64,000 bases of DNA, taken from positions 992,001 through 1,056,000 of the forward strand of contig CAXXOA010000002.1 of the NCBI GenBank assembly GCA_963666275.2, read 5' to 3'. The position numbers and the translations under genes were made by a program. Below the pieces are notes generated by a model, which made no database searches, was not told the origin of the DNA, and saw nothing but the letters and a program-made list of their open reading frames with translations. This document shows, in pieces, positions 18,739 to 28,532 of the stretch; positions within the stretch are counted from its first letter, which is position 1; every line of letters starts with the position of its first letter. Source of the DNA: Oceanispirochaeta sp. Lineage in GTDB: Bacteria; Spirochaetota; Spirochaetia; DSM-2461.

Positions 18739-19275
18739 TCAGTAGTTTTTATCTGCGTATCCGACCCAGCCGCCGTGGTCAACAAGGGTTCGGTCAAATC
18801 CGGAGATCGAAAAGTTCAGGGTTCTAGATTTTCCGCTCTTTGACTGGATCACAAAGCAGTTCTTTTCCAGGTCAGTGGAAAGTTCCGTTTCTTCTCCTGA
18901 AAACTCTTTGAAGAGTTCATCAATTTCCCGGGAGGAGAGCTCTACCGCCATCATTCCGCAGTTGTACATATTCTGACGGAAGATCCGGGCGAAGTTTTCG
19001 GCAATCACCAGATTTATATCATTCACTTCCAGAGCCCAGGGAGCATGTTCCCGGGAGGAACCGCATCCGAAGTTACTTTTTGTGATGATGACTTTTACAC
19101 CCTCAAGATCTTTCTGAGGATCAAATCCGTCCATTTTGAGATCTTCCAGAAGATTGGGTTTCAGGGCTTCCTTGGTAATCTCTGTCAGATACTTGGCCGG
19201 AATGATTTCATCTGTATTGATATCGGATCTGTCCAGGAACAGGACTTTTCCGTTAAAAGTTTTTTTCTGACTCAT
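18739..19275 (-). CDS. leuD: 3-isopropylmalate dehydratase small subunit
   Basis: DINTDEIIPA, NFGCGSSREHA, FARIF.QN. Confidence 0.88.
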   Translation of the reverse strand: MSQKKTFNGKVLFLDRSDINTDEIIPAKYLTEITKEALKPNLLEDLKMDGFDPQKDLEGVKVIITKSNFGCGSSREHAPWALEVNDINLVIAENFARIFRQNMYNCGMMAVELSSREIDELFKEFSGEETELSTDLEKNCFVIQSKSGKSRTLNFSISGFDRTLVDHGGWVGYADKNY

Positions 19276-19279
19276 GTTC

Positions 19280-20566
19280 TTACCCCTTGTACAGTGATGA
19301 ATTGGTGATTTTTCCCGTGATGGCCGCTGCCGCTGCCGAGGCGGGACTCATCAGGTGGACCATGCCGCCCTTACCCATTCTTCCGTTGAAGTTTCTATTG
19401 GTCGTGGAGGCACAGGCCTCTCCTTCTGCCAGAACGCCGTTGCTCATTCCCAGACAGGCTCCGCAGGTCGGATTGGTAAGACACACTCCGGCGTCCATGA
19501 AAATATCAATCAGTCCTTCTTTGAGAGCCTGTTTGTAAATGTCGGGAGTGGCCGGAGAGAGGACGACTCTGACAGAATCAGAAATGGTATTGCCCTTCAG
19601 AACCTTGGCGGCTTCCCGGAGATCTTCGATCCTTCCGTTGGTACAGCTGCCGATATAAACCTGGTTTACAGGTGTTCCTTCCATCTCGCGGATGGTTTTC
19701 ACCTGATCCGGTTTGTAGCCGAAAGTTACAACAGGTTCCAGATCGCTTACATCAAACTCAACAACACTGGCGTATTCGGCATCACTGTCGGACTGCCACT
19801 TGCTGTAGTCAGCCAGGGCTTCCTCTTTGGAGGCGTAATCCTCTTTGATGAAATCCCACAGGAAGTCTACGGTTGTCTGGTCGGGATAGCAGATCCCGCA
19901 GGTTCCCCCCGCTTCGATGGCCATGTTGCAGATGGTCATCCTCTCATCCATATTGAACTTATCAATCACAGGGCCTGTAAACTCAATCACCTTGTTGGTG
20001 GCTCCGTTCACACCCAGCTTCGCAATGATCGAAAGGATCACATCCTTGGCGTAAACACCGGGTTTCAGAGAACCGGTCACGTTGATTTTAATGGTCTGGG
20101 GAGTCAGGAAACTGCAGACTCCCTTGAGGATTCCCACTTCCAGGTCTGTGGTTCCCACACCGGCGGCAAAGGCTCCGAAAGCGCCGTGGGTACAGGTATG
20201 GGAGTCTCCCATGATGACTGTGAAACCGGGGCGGACGAAACCTTTTTCCGGGAATATGGCGTGACAGACTCCATTGCGTCCGATGTCAAAGAAGTCTTTG
20301 ATTCCCTGGCGTTTGGCCCAGTCTCTCATAATCTTGCCCTGCTCAGCGGTTTTTGAATCCTTGGCGGGGGTGACATGATCGATAACAGCCTTGATCTTAT
20401 CGGGATCAAAAACCCGGTCCATCCCTCTGCTCACCAGATCGTTGATGGCAATGGGGGTGGTGATTTCATGACAGAATACTCTGTCCAGTTTGAGAACATG
20501 AACACCCTCTTCAGGGCTGTCTACCCTATGGGCATCAAAAATCTTTTCAGCAATTGTCTTTCCCAT
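19280..20566 (-). CDS. leuC: 3-isopropylmalate dehydratase / homoaconitase-family large subunit
   Basis: GDSHTCTHG, IGSCTNGR, CGACLG, STTNRNF; start at ATG 20566 (MGKTIAEKI) with GGAG SD. Confidence 0.88.
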   Translation of the reverse strand: MGKTIAEKIFDAHRVDSPEEGVHVLKLDRVFCHEITTPIAINDLVSRGMDRVFDPDKIKAVIDHVTPAKDSKTAEQGKIMRDWAKRQGIKDFFDIGRNGVCHAIFPEKGFVRPGFTVIMGDSHTCTHGAFGAFAAGVGTTDLEVGILKGVCSFLTPQTIKINVTGSLKPGVYAKDVILSIIAKLGVNGATNKVIEFTGPVIDKFNMDERMTICNMAIEAGGTCGICYPDQTTVDFLWDFIKEDYASKEEALADYSKWQSDSDAEYASVVEFDVSDLEPVVTFGYKPDQVKTIREMEGTPVNQVYIGSCTNGRIEDLREAAKVLKGNTISDSVRVVLSPATPDIYKQALKEGLIDIFMDAGVCLTNPTCGACLGMSNGVLAEGEACASTTNRNFNGRMGKGGMVHLMSPASAAAAAITGKITNSSLYKG

Positions 20567-20654
20567 ATTCACTCCTTGTGGTTTTTCCTGGTCTATATCT
20601 GTAAAACTGGTGTCCTCCAAAATAAAGTAAGACAACCCATGTATTCAAAATCTG

Positions 20655-21242
20655 TTATTCCGGCGAAAACATCCGGGGAGGCGTGATGATCCAGATGGCT
20701 TTGAACTCTCCCTTCCCTGTATTTACGAGAGTATGGGGGACGGAGGATGAAAAAGAGAGGCTGTCGCCTTTTTTCAGCTTATAGCTATCTGTTCCGTAAA
20801 GAAGATCCGCTTCGCCCTCCAGAATAATCCCCATTTCCCTTCCGGGATGGCCGAACTGTTCGCTCCCTTTCTCTCCCCCGGGAGCAATCTTCAGTACCAG
20901 AGTCTCTACGGCATACTCTTCATCTTCAGTCAGGGGCGGAGTCAGCAGTTCATATTTGACCTTGCCCAGCAAGAGGTTGTCCCTGTCACTTTTATGAACA
21001 ATCCTGACCTTTCTCTTTTTTCTGAAATCCCTGAAAAGGTATTCAGGATCAATATCAAGGATATCCGCCAGGTTCAGAAGCGTATCGATTGAGGGGGATA
21101 CCTTGTTGTTTTCAATCTGTGATAGCAGGCTGGCGCTGACATCCATATGATGGGCCAGTTCTTTCAGGGTCATCCCCTGGCTCTCTCTTACCCGTTTGAT
21201 CTTCTCTCCGAATCTGTATTCTGTCCTGATGGGGCGCGCCAT
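20655..21242 (-). CDS. XRE-family HTH plus cupin transcriptional regulator
   Basis: LSQIENNKVSPS HTH; H.G.E and FSSSVPH cupin motifs. Confidence 0.9.
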   Translation of the reverse strand: MARPIRTEYRFGEKIKRVRESQGMTLKELAHHMDVSASLLSQIENNKVSPSIDTLLNLADILDIDPEYLFRDFRKKRKVRIVHKSDRDNLLLGKVKYELLTPPLTEDEEYAVETLVLKIAPGGEKGSEQFGHPGREMGIILEGEADLLYGTDSYKLKKGDSLSFSSSVPHTLVNTGKGEFKAIWIITPPRMFSPE

Positions 21243-21342
21243 GAAATCCTCTGTCTGTTAATTAAAACTAAAGTTATGTAAGTATAATTAAACTATCGGA
21301 GGTTTTTCGTCAAGATCGTAGTTCCCCGGAAAAGAGTTTTTC

Positions 21343-22221
21343 GGGGACGGAGGATTTTCTATCGGTTTTCTTGAAAGATTTGAAGCAGCCTTCTTTTATG
21401 GCAGGTAGAAGAGGTATGAGAAAAGCACGAATAATACGACCCAATGCCACATATCATGTGACAGCAAAGACAAACAGGGGAGAGTTCCTTCTGGAACCAG
21501 AGGAAGTGAAGGAGTTGTTTTCCTGTGTTGTTAATGAGGCCAGAGAGAAGTATTGTCTCCAGCTTATTCAGTTTGTAATTATGAGCAATCATGTACACCT
21601 TCTGATAAAACCGGCGGCGGACACCAATCTGTCAAAGCTTATGCAGTGGATTTTAAGTGTTTTTGCCGTAAGGTTTAATAAAATGTACGGCTTCAAAGGT
21701 CATGTGTGGTATGACCGTTTTAAAAGTAAAATTGTGGCCAGTTTCCGCCAGCTTGTAAATACATTCAATTACATCACCGATAACCCTGTCAAAGCCGGAT
21801 TGTGCCAGAAAGGCTGCGATTACCACTGGGGCGGCATGTATGAACTGAAGCGGGGCCGATTCCGGCTGCTGGATCCACCGGAAGACTGGCTGAAGCTTCT
21901 TGTGAATATTTCCTGAAAAGCAGCTGGTTAAATAGAATCCCCTAAATTTTCATTATTTTTTGCAAATACAGTACAGCTCTGCTCTTGTCTATGTCTTATT
22001 CAGATAAAGACGCCATTTCCAGATGGGAATTTCTTCATTTCATTGATTATATTGTTGCGCCAGGTATTTATTCCTGTTGGAAGGGAATCATATATCTGCT
22101 TGTTCCGGTGTTTTGGCAATTGTTGCCTTCGTTTCCGCTATTTTTTATGGAAACGTGCCGGAAGGATTGTTCTTTACGGGGAAACAGGAGGGAAAAAACT
22201 TGTTTTTGATCCTCCGTCCCC
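21343..22221 (+). mobile_element. Putative RAYT element bounded by 13-bp inverted repeats
   Basis: GGGGACGGAGGAT at 21343-21355 and ATCCTCCGTCCCC at 22209-22221. Confidence 0.55.
21416..21916 (+). CDS. HUH Y1 tyrosine transposase (RAYT / IS200-like)
   Basis: YHVT, FVIMSNHVHLL (HUH), YI.DNPVKAG catalytic Tyr; ATG 21416 after GAGG. Confidence 0.9.
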   Translation: MRKARIIRPNATYHVTAKTNRGEFLLEPEEVKELFSCVVNEAREKYCLQLIQFVIMSNHVHLLIKPAADTNLSKLMQWILSVFAVRFNKMYGFKGHVWYDRFKSKIVASFRQLVNTFNYITDNPVKAGLCQKGCDYHWGGMYELKRGRFRLLDPPEDWLKLLVNIS

Positions 22222-22235
22222 TTTAATCAAATCAA

Positions 22236-22574
22236 TCAGTGATCGCAGAGATTACTGCCTGTCTGCAGGTTTCCCTGGAGATAACTCAGAACCACTGTTT
22301 CCGGGTTGTCGGCGGATGCTCCTGTTATCACTTCGATCCCCTGGCTGTTGAAGAGCTGCTGGGCCTTCATTCCCATGCCTCCGGCAATGACCAGGTTGAT
22401 GTTTTTCTCTCCCAGCCATTTGGGAAGGAGTCCCGGTTCGTGGGGGGGAGGTGTCAGGTAGGTAATCTCTTTAACCGAGACAGCCTCTTTGTCCGCTTCG
22501 AGAATGGCGAACTCATCACAATGTCCGAAATGGGCGCAGAGCACTTTATCCGCGCAGGGTACAGCTATTTTCAT
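22236..22574 (-). CDS. NifB/NifX-family (dinitrogenase FeMo-cofactor) domain protein
   Basis: MKIAVP, HFGHC, IAGGMG, C-terminal CDH. Confidence 0.88.
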   Translation of the reverse strand: MKIAVPCADKVLCAHFGHCDEFAILEADKEAVSVKEITYLTPPPHEPGLLPKWLGEKNINLVIAGGMGMKAQQLFNSQGIEVITGASADNPETVVLSYLQGNLQTGSNLCDH

Positions 22575-23407
22575 TTTAAAACTCCTGTTAAACTTTTATT
22601 CAGATTTTTTGCGGCTTCACGGATTCCCCCGGCAACGGGAGATTCCAGTTCGACCGTAATGTTGCCTTTGTCGCATCTTTCGGTGAATGTCGGATCCAGG
22701 GGAAGGCTGCCCAGAAAGGGGAGGTTTTCCGCTTCGGCCATTTTCTTTCCGCCCCCGGTGGAAAAGATCTGATGGGTGCTGCCGCAGTCGGGGCAGACAA
22801 AGCCGCTCATGTTTTCAATCACCCCCAGAACGGGCAGTTCCAGTTTCCGGCAGAAGTTTATGCTTTTCCGGCAGTCCGAGAGGGAGACCTCCTGGGGCGT
22901 TGTCACAATAACGGCTCCGGTGGGATCCGGTACTGTCTGGACAGCGGAAAGGGCCTCGTCTCCGGTTCCCGGAGGAAAGTCCATGATCAGGTAGTCCAGG
23001 TCTCCCCATTCCACATCTTTCAGAAACTGGGTCAGCACGCCCTGCTTCATGGGGCCGCGCCATATGACCGCACTGTCCGGATCTTCCAGAAGGAAACCCA
23101 CGGAAATCATTTTGATTCCCCTGGTTTCCAGAGGAAACAGATTCTCTCCGTCCGACTGGAGGGGCATCCCCCGGACTCCGAACAGGGTGGGGATGCTGGG
23201 ACCGTGAAAATCCACGTCCATCAGCCCCACTTTCATCCCTTCCGCGGCAAGGCTGAGGGCCAGTGTGGCCGCCACAGAGCTTTTACCGACTCCCCCTTTA
23301 CCGGAGAGGATCATTATTTTGTTTTTGATCCGGTTCATCCGTTTTGTCAGTTTGGGGTCGCAGCTCTCTTTTGTTTCGCAGCTGCTGCAATTCTGATCAC
23401 AACTCAT
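22571..23407 (-). CDS. Mrp/NBP35 Fe-S cluster carrier ATPase
   Basis: GKGGVGKS, WRGP, PPGTGD, ENMS..CP.C. Confidence 0.92.
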   Translation of the reverse strand: MSCDQNCSSCETKESCDPKLTKRMNRIKNKIMILSGKGGVGKSSVAATLALSLAAEGMKVGLMDVDFHGPSIPTLFGVRGMPLQSDGENLFPLETRGIKMISVGFLLEDPDSAVIWRGPMKQGVLTQFLKDVEWGDLDYLIMDFPPGTGDEALSAVQTVPDPTGAVIVTTPQEVSLSDCRKSINFCRKLELPVLGVIENMSGFVCPDCGSTHQIFSTGGGKKMAEAENLPFLGSLPLDPTFTERCDKGNITVELESPVAGGIREAAKNLNKSLTGVLK

Positions 23408-24260
23408 TCCATTTCTCCCATATCTGTTGTATTGCCCGGCTTACGGGCTCTATGCGGGCTTCCAGAGGGGTCTTCCCCGCCCGGAGGGCCGCAGGAACTT
23501 TCCTGTCAAAGGGAATCTCTCCCAGCCAGCGGAGGTTCAGCCTGTCGGCGGATCTCCATATCTTATCTGTCAGCACCGGATTGATATCCCCTTTGTTCAC
23601 ACAGAGCGAACCGGGAATTTCAAAGTGCTTCAGTACCTGAGCCAGCCTCTCCATGTCATGCAGGCCTGAAGGGGTCGGTTCGGTCACAATCAGAACCTGT
23701 TCGGACTGATTCAGCGAAGCCAGAACAGGGCATCCTATACCGGGCGGGCCGTCAATCAGTATCCTGTCCAGGCTCCGTTCCCGGGCGGTCTGCTCAGCCA
23801 GTTCTTTGACGCGGCTGACCAGTTTTCCCGAATTGTCTCCCCCCGGATGAAGCCGGGCGTGGATGAGCGGGCCGTTCTCTGTTTCAGACCTTATGCAGAG
23901 CCCCGAATCATGATCTTCCAGTGTAATCGCCCGGGAGGGGCAGTGATCAAAGCAGACGCCGCAGCCTTCGCAGGTATCTTCCTTTACTGTATAGACGCTG
24001 TTATTTCGCTTCACAGCATGGAAACGGCACTGTTCCAGGCATAAACCGCAGGAGCTGCATAGAGTCTGATCAACCCGGGCATGGTACCCGCTGAAAAACT
24101 TTTCCCTCATGACTTCTCTGCCCTGAAGGATCAGAGACAGGTCGGCCGCATCCACATCGCAGTCTGCCATGACGCCGTTTTTCATAAGCCGGGCGAAAGA
24201 GGCCGTGACCGTTGTTTTTCCTGCCCCCCCTTTCCCGCTGAGGACTGTCCATATCTTCAT
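23397..24260 (-). CDS. MinD-like P-loop ATPase with inserted 2x[4Fe-4S] ferredoxin
   Basis: GKGGAGKT, DCDVD, two CxxCxxCxxxC motifs, PPGIGCP. Confidence 0.9.
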   Translation of the reverse strand: MKIWTVLSGKGGAGKTTVTASFARLMKNGVMADCDVDAADLSLILQGREVMREKFFSGYHARVDQTLCSSCGLCLEQCRFHAVKRNNSVYTVKEDTCEGCGVCFDHCPSRAITLEDHDSGLCIRSETENGPLIHARLHPGGDNSGKLVSRVKELAEQTARERSLDRILIDGPPGIGCPVLASLNQSEQVLIVTEPTPSGLHDMERLAQVLKHFEIPGSLCVNKGDINPVLTDKIWRSADRLNLRWLGEIPFDRKVPAALRAGKTPLEARIEPVSRAIQQIWEKWNEL

Positions 24261-25105
24261 GCTGTCAATCTCCGAATTTCTGAAAGTAGTTCCCTCATCT
24301 TCTCCGACAGATAGGGGAGTGTGTGAAAAGGGATCTCTCCCCGTGAGTATGTCTCGGCTATTTCCCTTTTATAGGGGATGGACAGGAGAAGGGGGTGGGC
24401 CCCTTCCCGGCAGTACTCTTTTATAAGATCCACGTCCTGCTCGGCCTTGTTTTCCACAATGCCATAGGGAATTCCCAGGGGGAGGATCGCTTCCACCGCC
24501 AGGGTAAGATCATGCAGTCCGAAGGGCGTTGGCTCTGTAATGAGAAGGATAAAATCACTGGAGCTTACGGTTTCCATAAAAGAGCAGGACGTTCCGGGAG
24601 GGGCATCCAGAATAACCATCTCCTCTTTCACCGGTTCTTTCAGAAGTTCCCTGATCACACGGGTTGCCTGGGCTTCTCCCACATTCATGACTCCCTGGAT
24701 CAGATTCATCCCCTCTATACGGCTTCTGCGTTTTTTTCCCGTGGTATAGTCTACCCAGGAGAGGGACCCTTCCGGGCAGGCCAGGAGGCATCCGCCGCAG
24801 CTGTGGCAGAGTTCCGGAAAAATAAGAGGTTTTGTTTTCAGTGCGGCCAGGGCGTTGAAGCGGCAGACCCGGGCGCATTTTCCGCATTCTGTACAGCTTC
24901 CGGGATCTGTAAGACCCGGGACCTGTACTGTCATCGGGGATTCTTCCCGGAGGCTCTCGGGCAGGAGAAGATGGCAGTTCGGTTCCTCCACATCACAGTC
25001 ATACAGGACGACGCTGCCTTCTGTCCGGGATATGAAGGATGCCAGTGAGACAGAGAGACTGGATTTTCCTGTGCCTCCTTTTCCGGAGGCAATAGCAATT
25101 TTCAT
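24257..25105 (-). CDS. MinD-like P-loop ATPase with inserted 2x[4Fe-4S] ferredoxin
   Basis: GKGGTGKS, DCDVEEPN, two CxxCxxCxxxC motifs, TEPTPFGLHDL. Confidence 0.9.
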   Translation of the reverse strand: MKIAIASGKGGTGKSSLSVSLASFISRTEGSVVLYDCDVEEPNCHLLLPESLREESPMTVQVPGLTDPGSCTECGKCARVCRFNALAALKTKPLIFPELCHSCGGCLLACPEGSLSWVDYTTGKKRRSRIEGMNLIQGVMNVGEAQATRVIRELLKEPVKEEMVILDAPPGTSCSFMETVSSSDFILLITEPTPFGLHDLTLAVEAILPLGIPYGIVENKAEQDVDLIKEYCREGAHPLLLSIPYKREIAETYSRGEIPFHTLPYLSEKMRELLSEIRRLTA

Positions 25106-25106
25106 A

Positions 25107-25472
25107 TCAGACCCAGTGACCCTCTACATCAGCCCCTTCCAGTTCTTTCAGACCATTGTCTGCAAAGAGTCTGAGGGCTTCTTCAATGGTTTTATCCGAT
25201 TCAGACTGAAACACCCGGACTCCCGCTTCCCTGAGAATCCTGAAGGCTTTGGGGCCGCAGTGCCCTGTGATCAGAACATCTGGATCCTCTGCCAGGACCG
25301 TCTGGGCCGCCTGTATTCCCGCTCCCTGCACGGCCTGCTTATTCTGTGTATTGGGGATAAAATAACCGGGTTTTTCATCGGATTCTGTAAGGAAGAACAG
25401 AGGGGCCCGTCCGAAGCGACTGTCTATCAGGCTGCCGGTTTTGTCTTCCCGGCAGGTAAGGGCTATTTTCAT
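25107..25472 (-). CDS. NifB/NifX-family protein (Orange-protein-like)
   Basis: RFGRAP, GAGIQAAQ, GHCGPKAF, GHW C-terminus. Confidence 0.88.
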   Translation of the reverse strand: MKIALTCREDKTGSLIDSRFGRAPLFFLTESDEKPGYFIPNTQNKQAVQGAGIQAAQTVLAEDPDVLITGHCGPKAFRILREAGVRVFQSESDKTIEEALRLFADNGLKELEGADVEGHWV

Positions 25473-25493
25473 TGGAAACCTCCTGAAGGAATG

Positions 25494-25538
25494 TTATGAG
25501 AATATTCTCATAAAGATATTATGGGCATATTCTCTTTA
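25494..25538. promoter_or_regulatory. Tandem palindromic operator sites
   Basis: Perfect palindrome TTATGAGAATATTCTCATAA (25494-25513) and degenerate copy TTATGGGCATATTCTCTTTA (25519-25538) between divergent genes. Confidence 0.65.
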
Positions 25539-25612
25539 TTTGGCAAGAGGCTGTTTCTTTTATATTGATTTTTTTTCAAGAACTGTTCAGGATTAAGTCA
25601 GGAGATAAACTG

Positions 25613-25972
25613 ATGCCCCGTCCCGCCAAAGAGAAACTTGTATGTAAACCGCCTGAAGCCTGTGTGTTCAAACCTGCAGGGATTCCCATGAGTTCCAGAA
25701 AGAAAATCATACTGTCACTGGATGAGTATGAGGCCATAAGGCTGGCCGATAACGAAGGTCTATATCAGGAGAAAGCCGCTGTGGCTATGGGGACGAGCCG
25801 CCAGACCTTTGCGAGGATTCTGGATTCGGCGCATAAAAAAGTGGCCATGGCACTGGTGGAATCCCGCCCCCTCCAGATAGAGGGGGGGAATGTTAAGTTC
25901 TGCGGTCAGGGAGGCTGCCGTCACAAGCCCGGATGTCCCAGGCTTGATGATCAGTCAGATTCCTTAGCATGA
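25613..25972 (+). CDS. DUF134 DNA-binding protein
   Basis: MPRP, FKP.G, E.EAIRLAD.EGL.QE.AA..M..SRQTF.RIL.SA.KKVA, IEGG. Confidence 0.9.
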   Translation: MPRPAKEKLVCKPPEACVFKPAGIPMSSRKKIILSLDEYEAIRLADNEGLYQEKAAVAMGTSRQTFARILDSAHKKVAMALVESRPLQIEGGNVKFCGQGGCRHKPGCPRLDDQSDSLA

Positions 25973-28347
25973 AGCGCCTGACTGAAGAATACTGATTCTT
26001 CTACAGGTAATTCGGGAATATACATCCCCAGGGCTGTCTGAAGTACATCGCTGATATTGGATACGGGAACAACAGTCAGTTCCTGTTTGACTTCTTCCGG
26101 CAGTTCTTCCATATCTTTTTTGTTATCCCAGGGAATAATGACAGTTTTTATCCCCGCTCTGTGAGCGGCAATAACCTTTTCTTTAATTCCTCCTACGGGC
26201 AGAACAGCCCCCCTGAGTGTTACCTCTCCCGTCATGGCAAGGTCCGGTTTAACCGGTTTTCCCAGGATCATGGAAGTGAGGGCGGTCAGAAGGGTGACTC
26301 CCGCAGAGGGGCCGTCTTTGGGGACTGCCCCGGAGGGGACATGAATATGGATATCCTCTTCTTTGAAGGCAAAGGAGGAGGTAAAGGGCGAGAGCTTGGA
26401 TCGGATAAGACTTAATGATATCCGGGCGGACTCCTTCATCACATCTCCCAGCTGACCTGTTATGGTCAGATTGCCGTTTCCAGGCATATGGGTAGATTCA
26501 ACAAAAAGGATCTCTCCTCCCACCGGGGTCCAGGCCATTCCCGTCACAACACCGGGAGGATTTACTTTACCAATGGTTTCATGCCGGACTTTCCTGGTTT
26601 CCAGGTAATCCTCGATATTGTCCCTTCCCATAATAATCGGGAGTTCTCTGACGTTTTCCACAACCTCCTGGGATGCCGCTCTGGCCAGAGCCGCTATCTG
26701 CCTTTTCAGTCCCCTCACGCCGGCTTCCCGGGTATAGTTCTCAACCAGTTCCTCCAGGGCGTCTTCTCCGATTTCAAGCTGACCCTCATTGAGACCGTGG
26801 TCTTTGAGTATCTGAGGAACCAGATGGGTCTGGCCTATGTGAACTTTCTCGGGGTTCGTATAACCCGAAAGGGTTATCACTTCCATCCTGTCCAGGAGAG
26901 GACCGGGAATGGAATCCACAGAGTTTGCCGTGGCGATGAAAAAGACATCCGAAAGATCGTAGGGAACTTCCAGATAGTGATCGGCAAAGGTATCATTCTG
27001 TTCCGGATCCAGAACCTCCAGAAGGGCGCCCGCCGGGTCACCATTGTTGGATACAGTGAGTTTATCCACTTCGTCCAGTACAAAAACAGGATTTGTGGCT
27101 CCGGCTTTTACCATCCCTTTAATAATCCGTCCCGGAAGAGCTCCCACATAGGTTCTTCTGTGTCCCCGTATCTCTGCTTCATCCCGGACTCCGCCCAGGC
27201 TGACTCTTACGTACGGTCTGTCCAGAGCTTCGGCAATGCTTTTGCCCAGACTTGTTTTACCGGTTCCGGGAGGGCCTATGAGCAGGAGGATAGATCCCTT
27301 TTTATCATTCTTCAGTTTCATAACCGCCAGATGCTGAATGATCCTCTTTTTCACTTTTTCAAGACCGTAATGATGCGCATCCAGGGTTTCCCTGGACCGG
27401 GTCAGATCAATGGATCCGGTTTCGACAGGCTCCCAGGGAACCTGAAGCATCAGGTCCAGATAGTTTCTGAGGTTTCGCGTTTCGGGGCTCCCCGGAGGCT
27501 GATCCTCCAGTTTCTCCAGTTCCTTCATGGCTGTTTTTTTGACTTCAACGGGCATGGCGCTCTTTTCGATCTGATCCTTCAGGCTCTCTTCACCTTCTTC
27601 CCCGTTTTCATGAAGTTCCTTCTGTATAACCTTCAACTGCTCCCTCAGGACATTTTCCCTGTAGGAACGGCTGGCTTTTTCAGTCATTTTATTGGCAAGT
27701 TCCGCCTGTATCCGGATGGATTCCTTCTGGCGGATCATATGATCCAGCACAGTCATACCCATCTTTTTCAGTGACGGTTCCTCCAGGAGTTCCTGTTTTT
27801 TGGACCGGGACAGGTTCAGATAGGGAATGATGCTGTAGATAAGGGATAGAGGACTCTGAAGTAGATTCATCTGTTTCACCGCATCTTCGGTTCCCTCGAA
27901 AAAGGAGGCAATCTCTCCCGCCATGTTCTTAACGCTCTCCGCCAGGATCCTGCTGCTGTCTCTGTCCAGGTCATATCTGGTTTCGAGGAATTCCGCCTGC
28001 GTATAGAGGAGATGGAATCTTTTTCTTACATGATGGATCTTGATCCTCTCGACACCTCTTAAATCAAGCTGCAGTTCTCCGTCCTTATCCCGGGCGTTCT
28101 CAATATTCGCCAGAGTACCGATTGTATAGAAGTCGCTGTTTTCCAGATCGGAAAGATCAAAATTCTTTCTGAGGGAAACTGCGGCGACCATATCCGGGGA
28201 TTTCCGTTTATTCAGCATTTTATACTCTTCCAGAGTGATACCGCTGATTCTTACGGAATTCATAGCTCCCGGAAAAAGGATAGCCCCTTTAAGGGGTACA
28301 AGATTCAGTTCTTCCGGAATATGTAAATTTTCAAAATAATCTGTCAT
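25951..28347 (-). CDS. lon: ATP-dependent Lon protease
   Basis: [30 protein letters not shown] (catalytic Ser), GGIKEK. Confidence 0.95.
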   Translation of the reverse strand: MTDYFENLHIPEELNLVPLKGAILFPGAMNSVRISGITLEEYKMLNKRKSPDMVAAVSLRKNFDLSDLENSDFYTIGTLANIENARDKDGELQLDLRGVERIKIHHVRKRFHLLYTQAEFLETRYDLDRDSSRILAESVKNMAGEIASFFEGTEDAVKQMNLLQSPLSLIYSIIPYLNLSRSKKQELLEEPSLKKMGMTVLDHMIRQKESIRIQAELANKMTEKASRSYRENVLREQLKVIQKELHENGEEGEESLKDQIEKSAMPVEVKKTAMKELEKLEDQPPGSPETRNLRNYLDLMLQVPWEPVETGSIDLTRSRETLDAHHYGLEKVKKRIIQHLAVMKLKNDKKGSILLLIGPPGTGKTSLGKSIAEALDRPYVRVSLGGVRDEAEIRGHRRTYVGALPGRIIKGMVKAGATNPVFVLDEVDKLTVSNNGDPAGALLEVLDPEQNDTFADHYLEVPYDLSDVFFIATANSVDSIPGPLLDRMEVITLSGYTNPEKVHIGQTHLVPQILKDHGLNEGQLEIGEDALEELVENYTREAGVRGLKRQIAALARAASQEVVENVRELPIIMGRDNIEDYLETRKVRHETIGKVNPPGVVTGMAWTPVGGEILFVESTHMPGNGNLTITGQLGDVMKESARISLSLIRSKLSPFTSSFAFKEEDIHIHVPSGAVPKDGPSAGVTLLTALTSMILGKPVKPDLAMTGEVTLRGAVLPVGGIKEKVIAAHRAGIKTVIIPWDNKKDMEELPEEVKQELTVVPVSNISDVLQTALGMYIPELPVEESVFFSQALHAKESD

Positions 28348-28532
28348 TAAATAACCTCTCTTATTTCTCCGTCAGAGCAGGATAATGCTTTAACGGAAAA
28401 GGGATTCACTAAAAAGTACATTAATAAATCTAGGCTTTTTCCCGGTACAGGGAGTGGAGATTCTTTGAAGATTCTGTTGTTTTCAAATGTGAGATCCGGG
28501 AAAACCGTGTTGATCAGAGGTATACTGTGTGT

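Noticed and set aside
19355..20356. 333-aa plus-strand ORF (likewise 52739..53698 and 61286..62212)
   Set aside because: Antisense shadows of leuC, atpD and add
21985..22351. Small ORFs downstream of the transposase
   Set aside because: No SD and no motifs, and one overlaps the NifX-like gene antisense; treated as noncoding
22236..25472. Nitrogen fixation cluster
   Set aside because: NifX-like domains only; no nifHDK or nifEN
26488..27774. 428-aa plus-strand ORF
   Set aside because: Antisense shadow of lon
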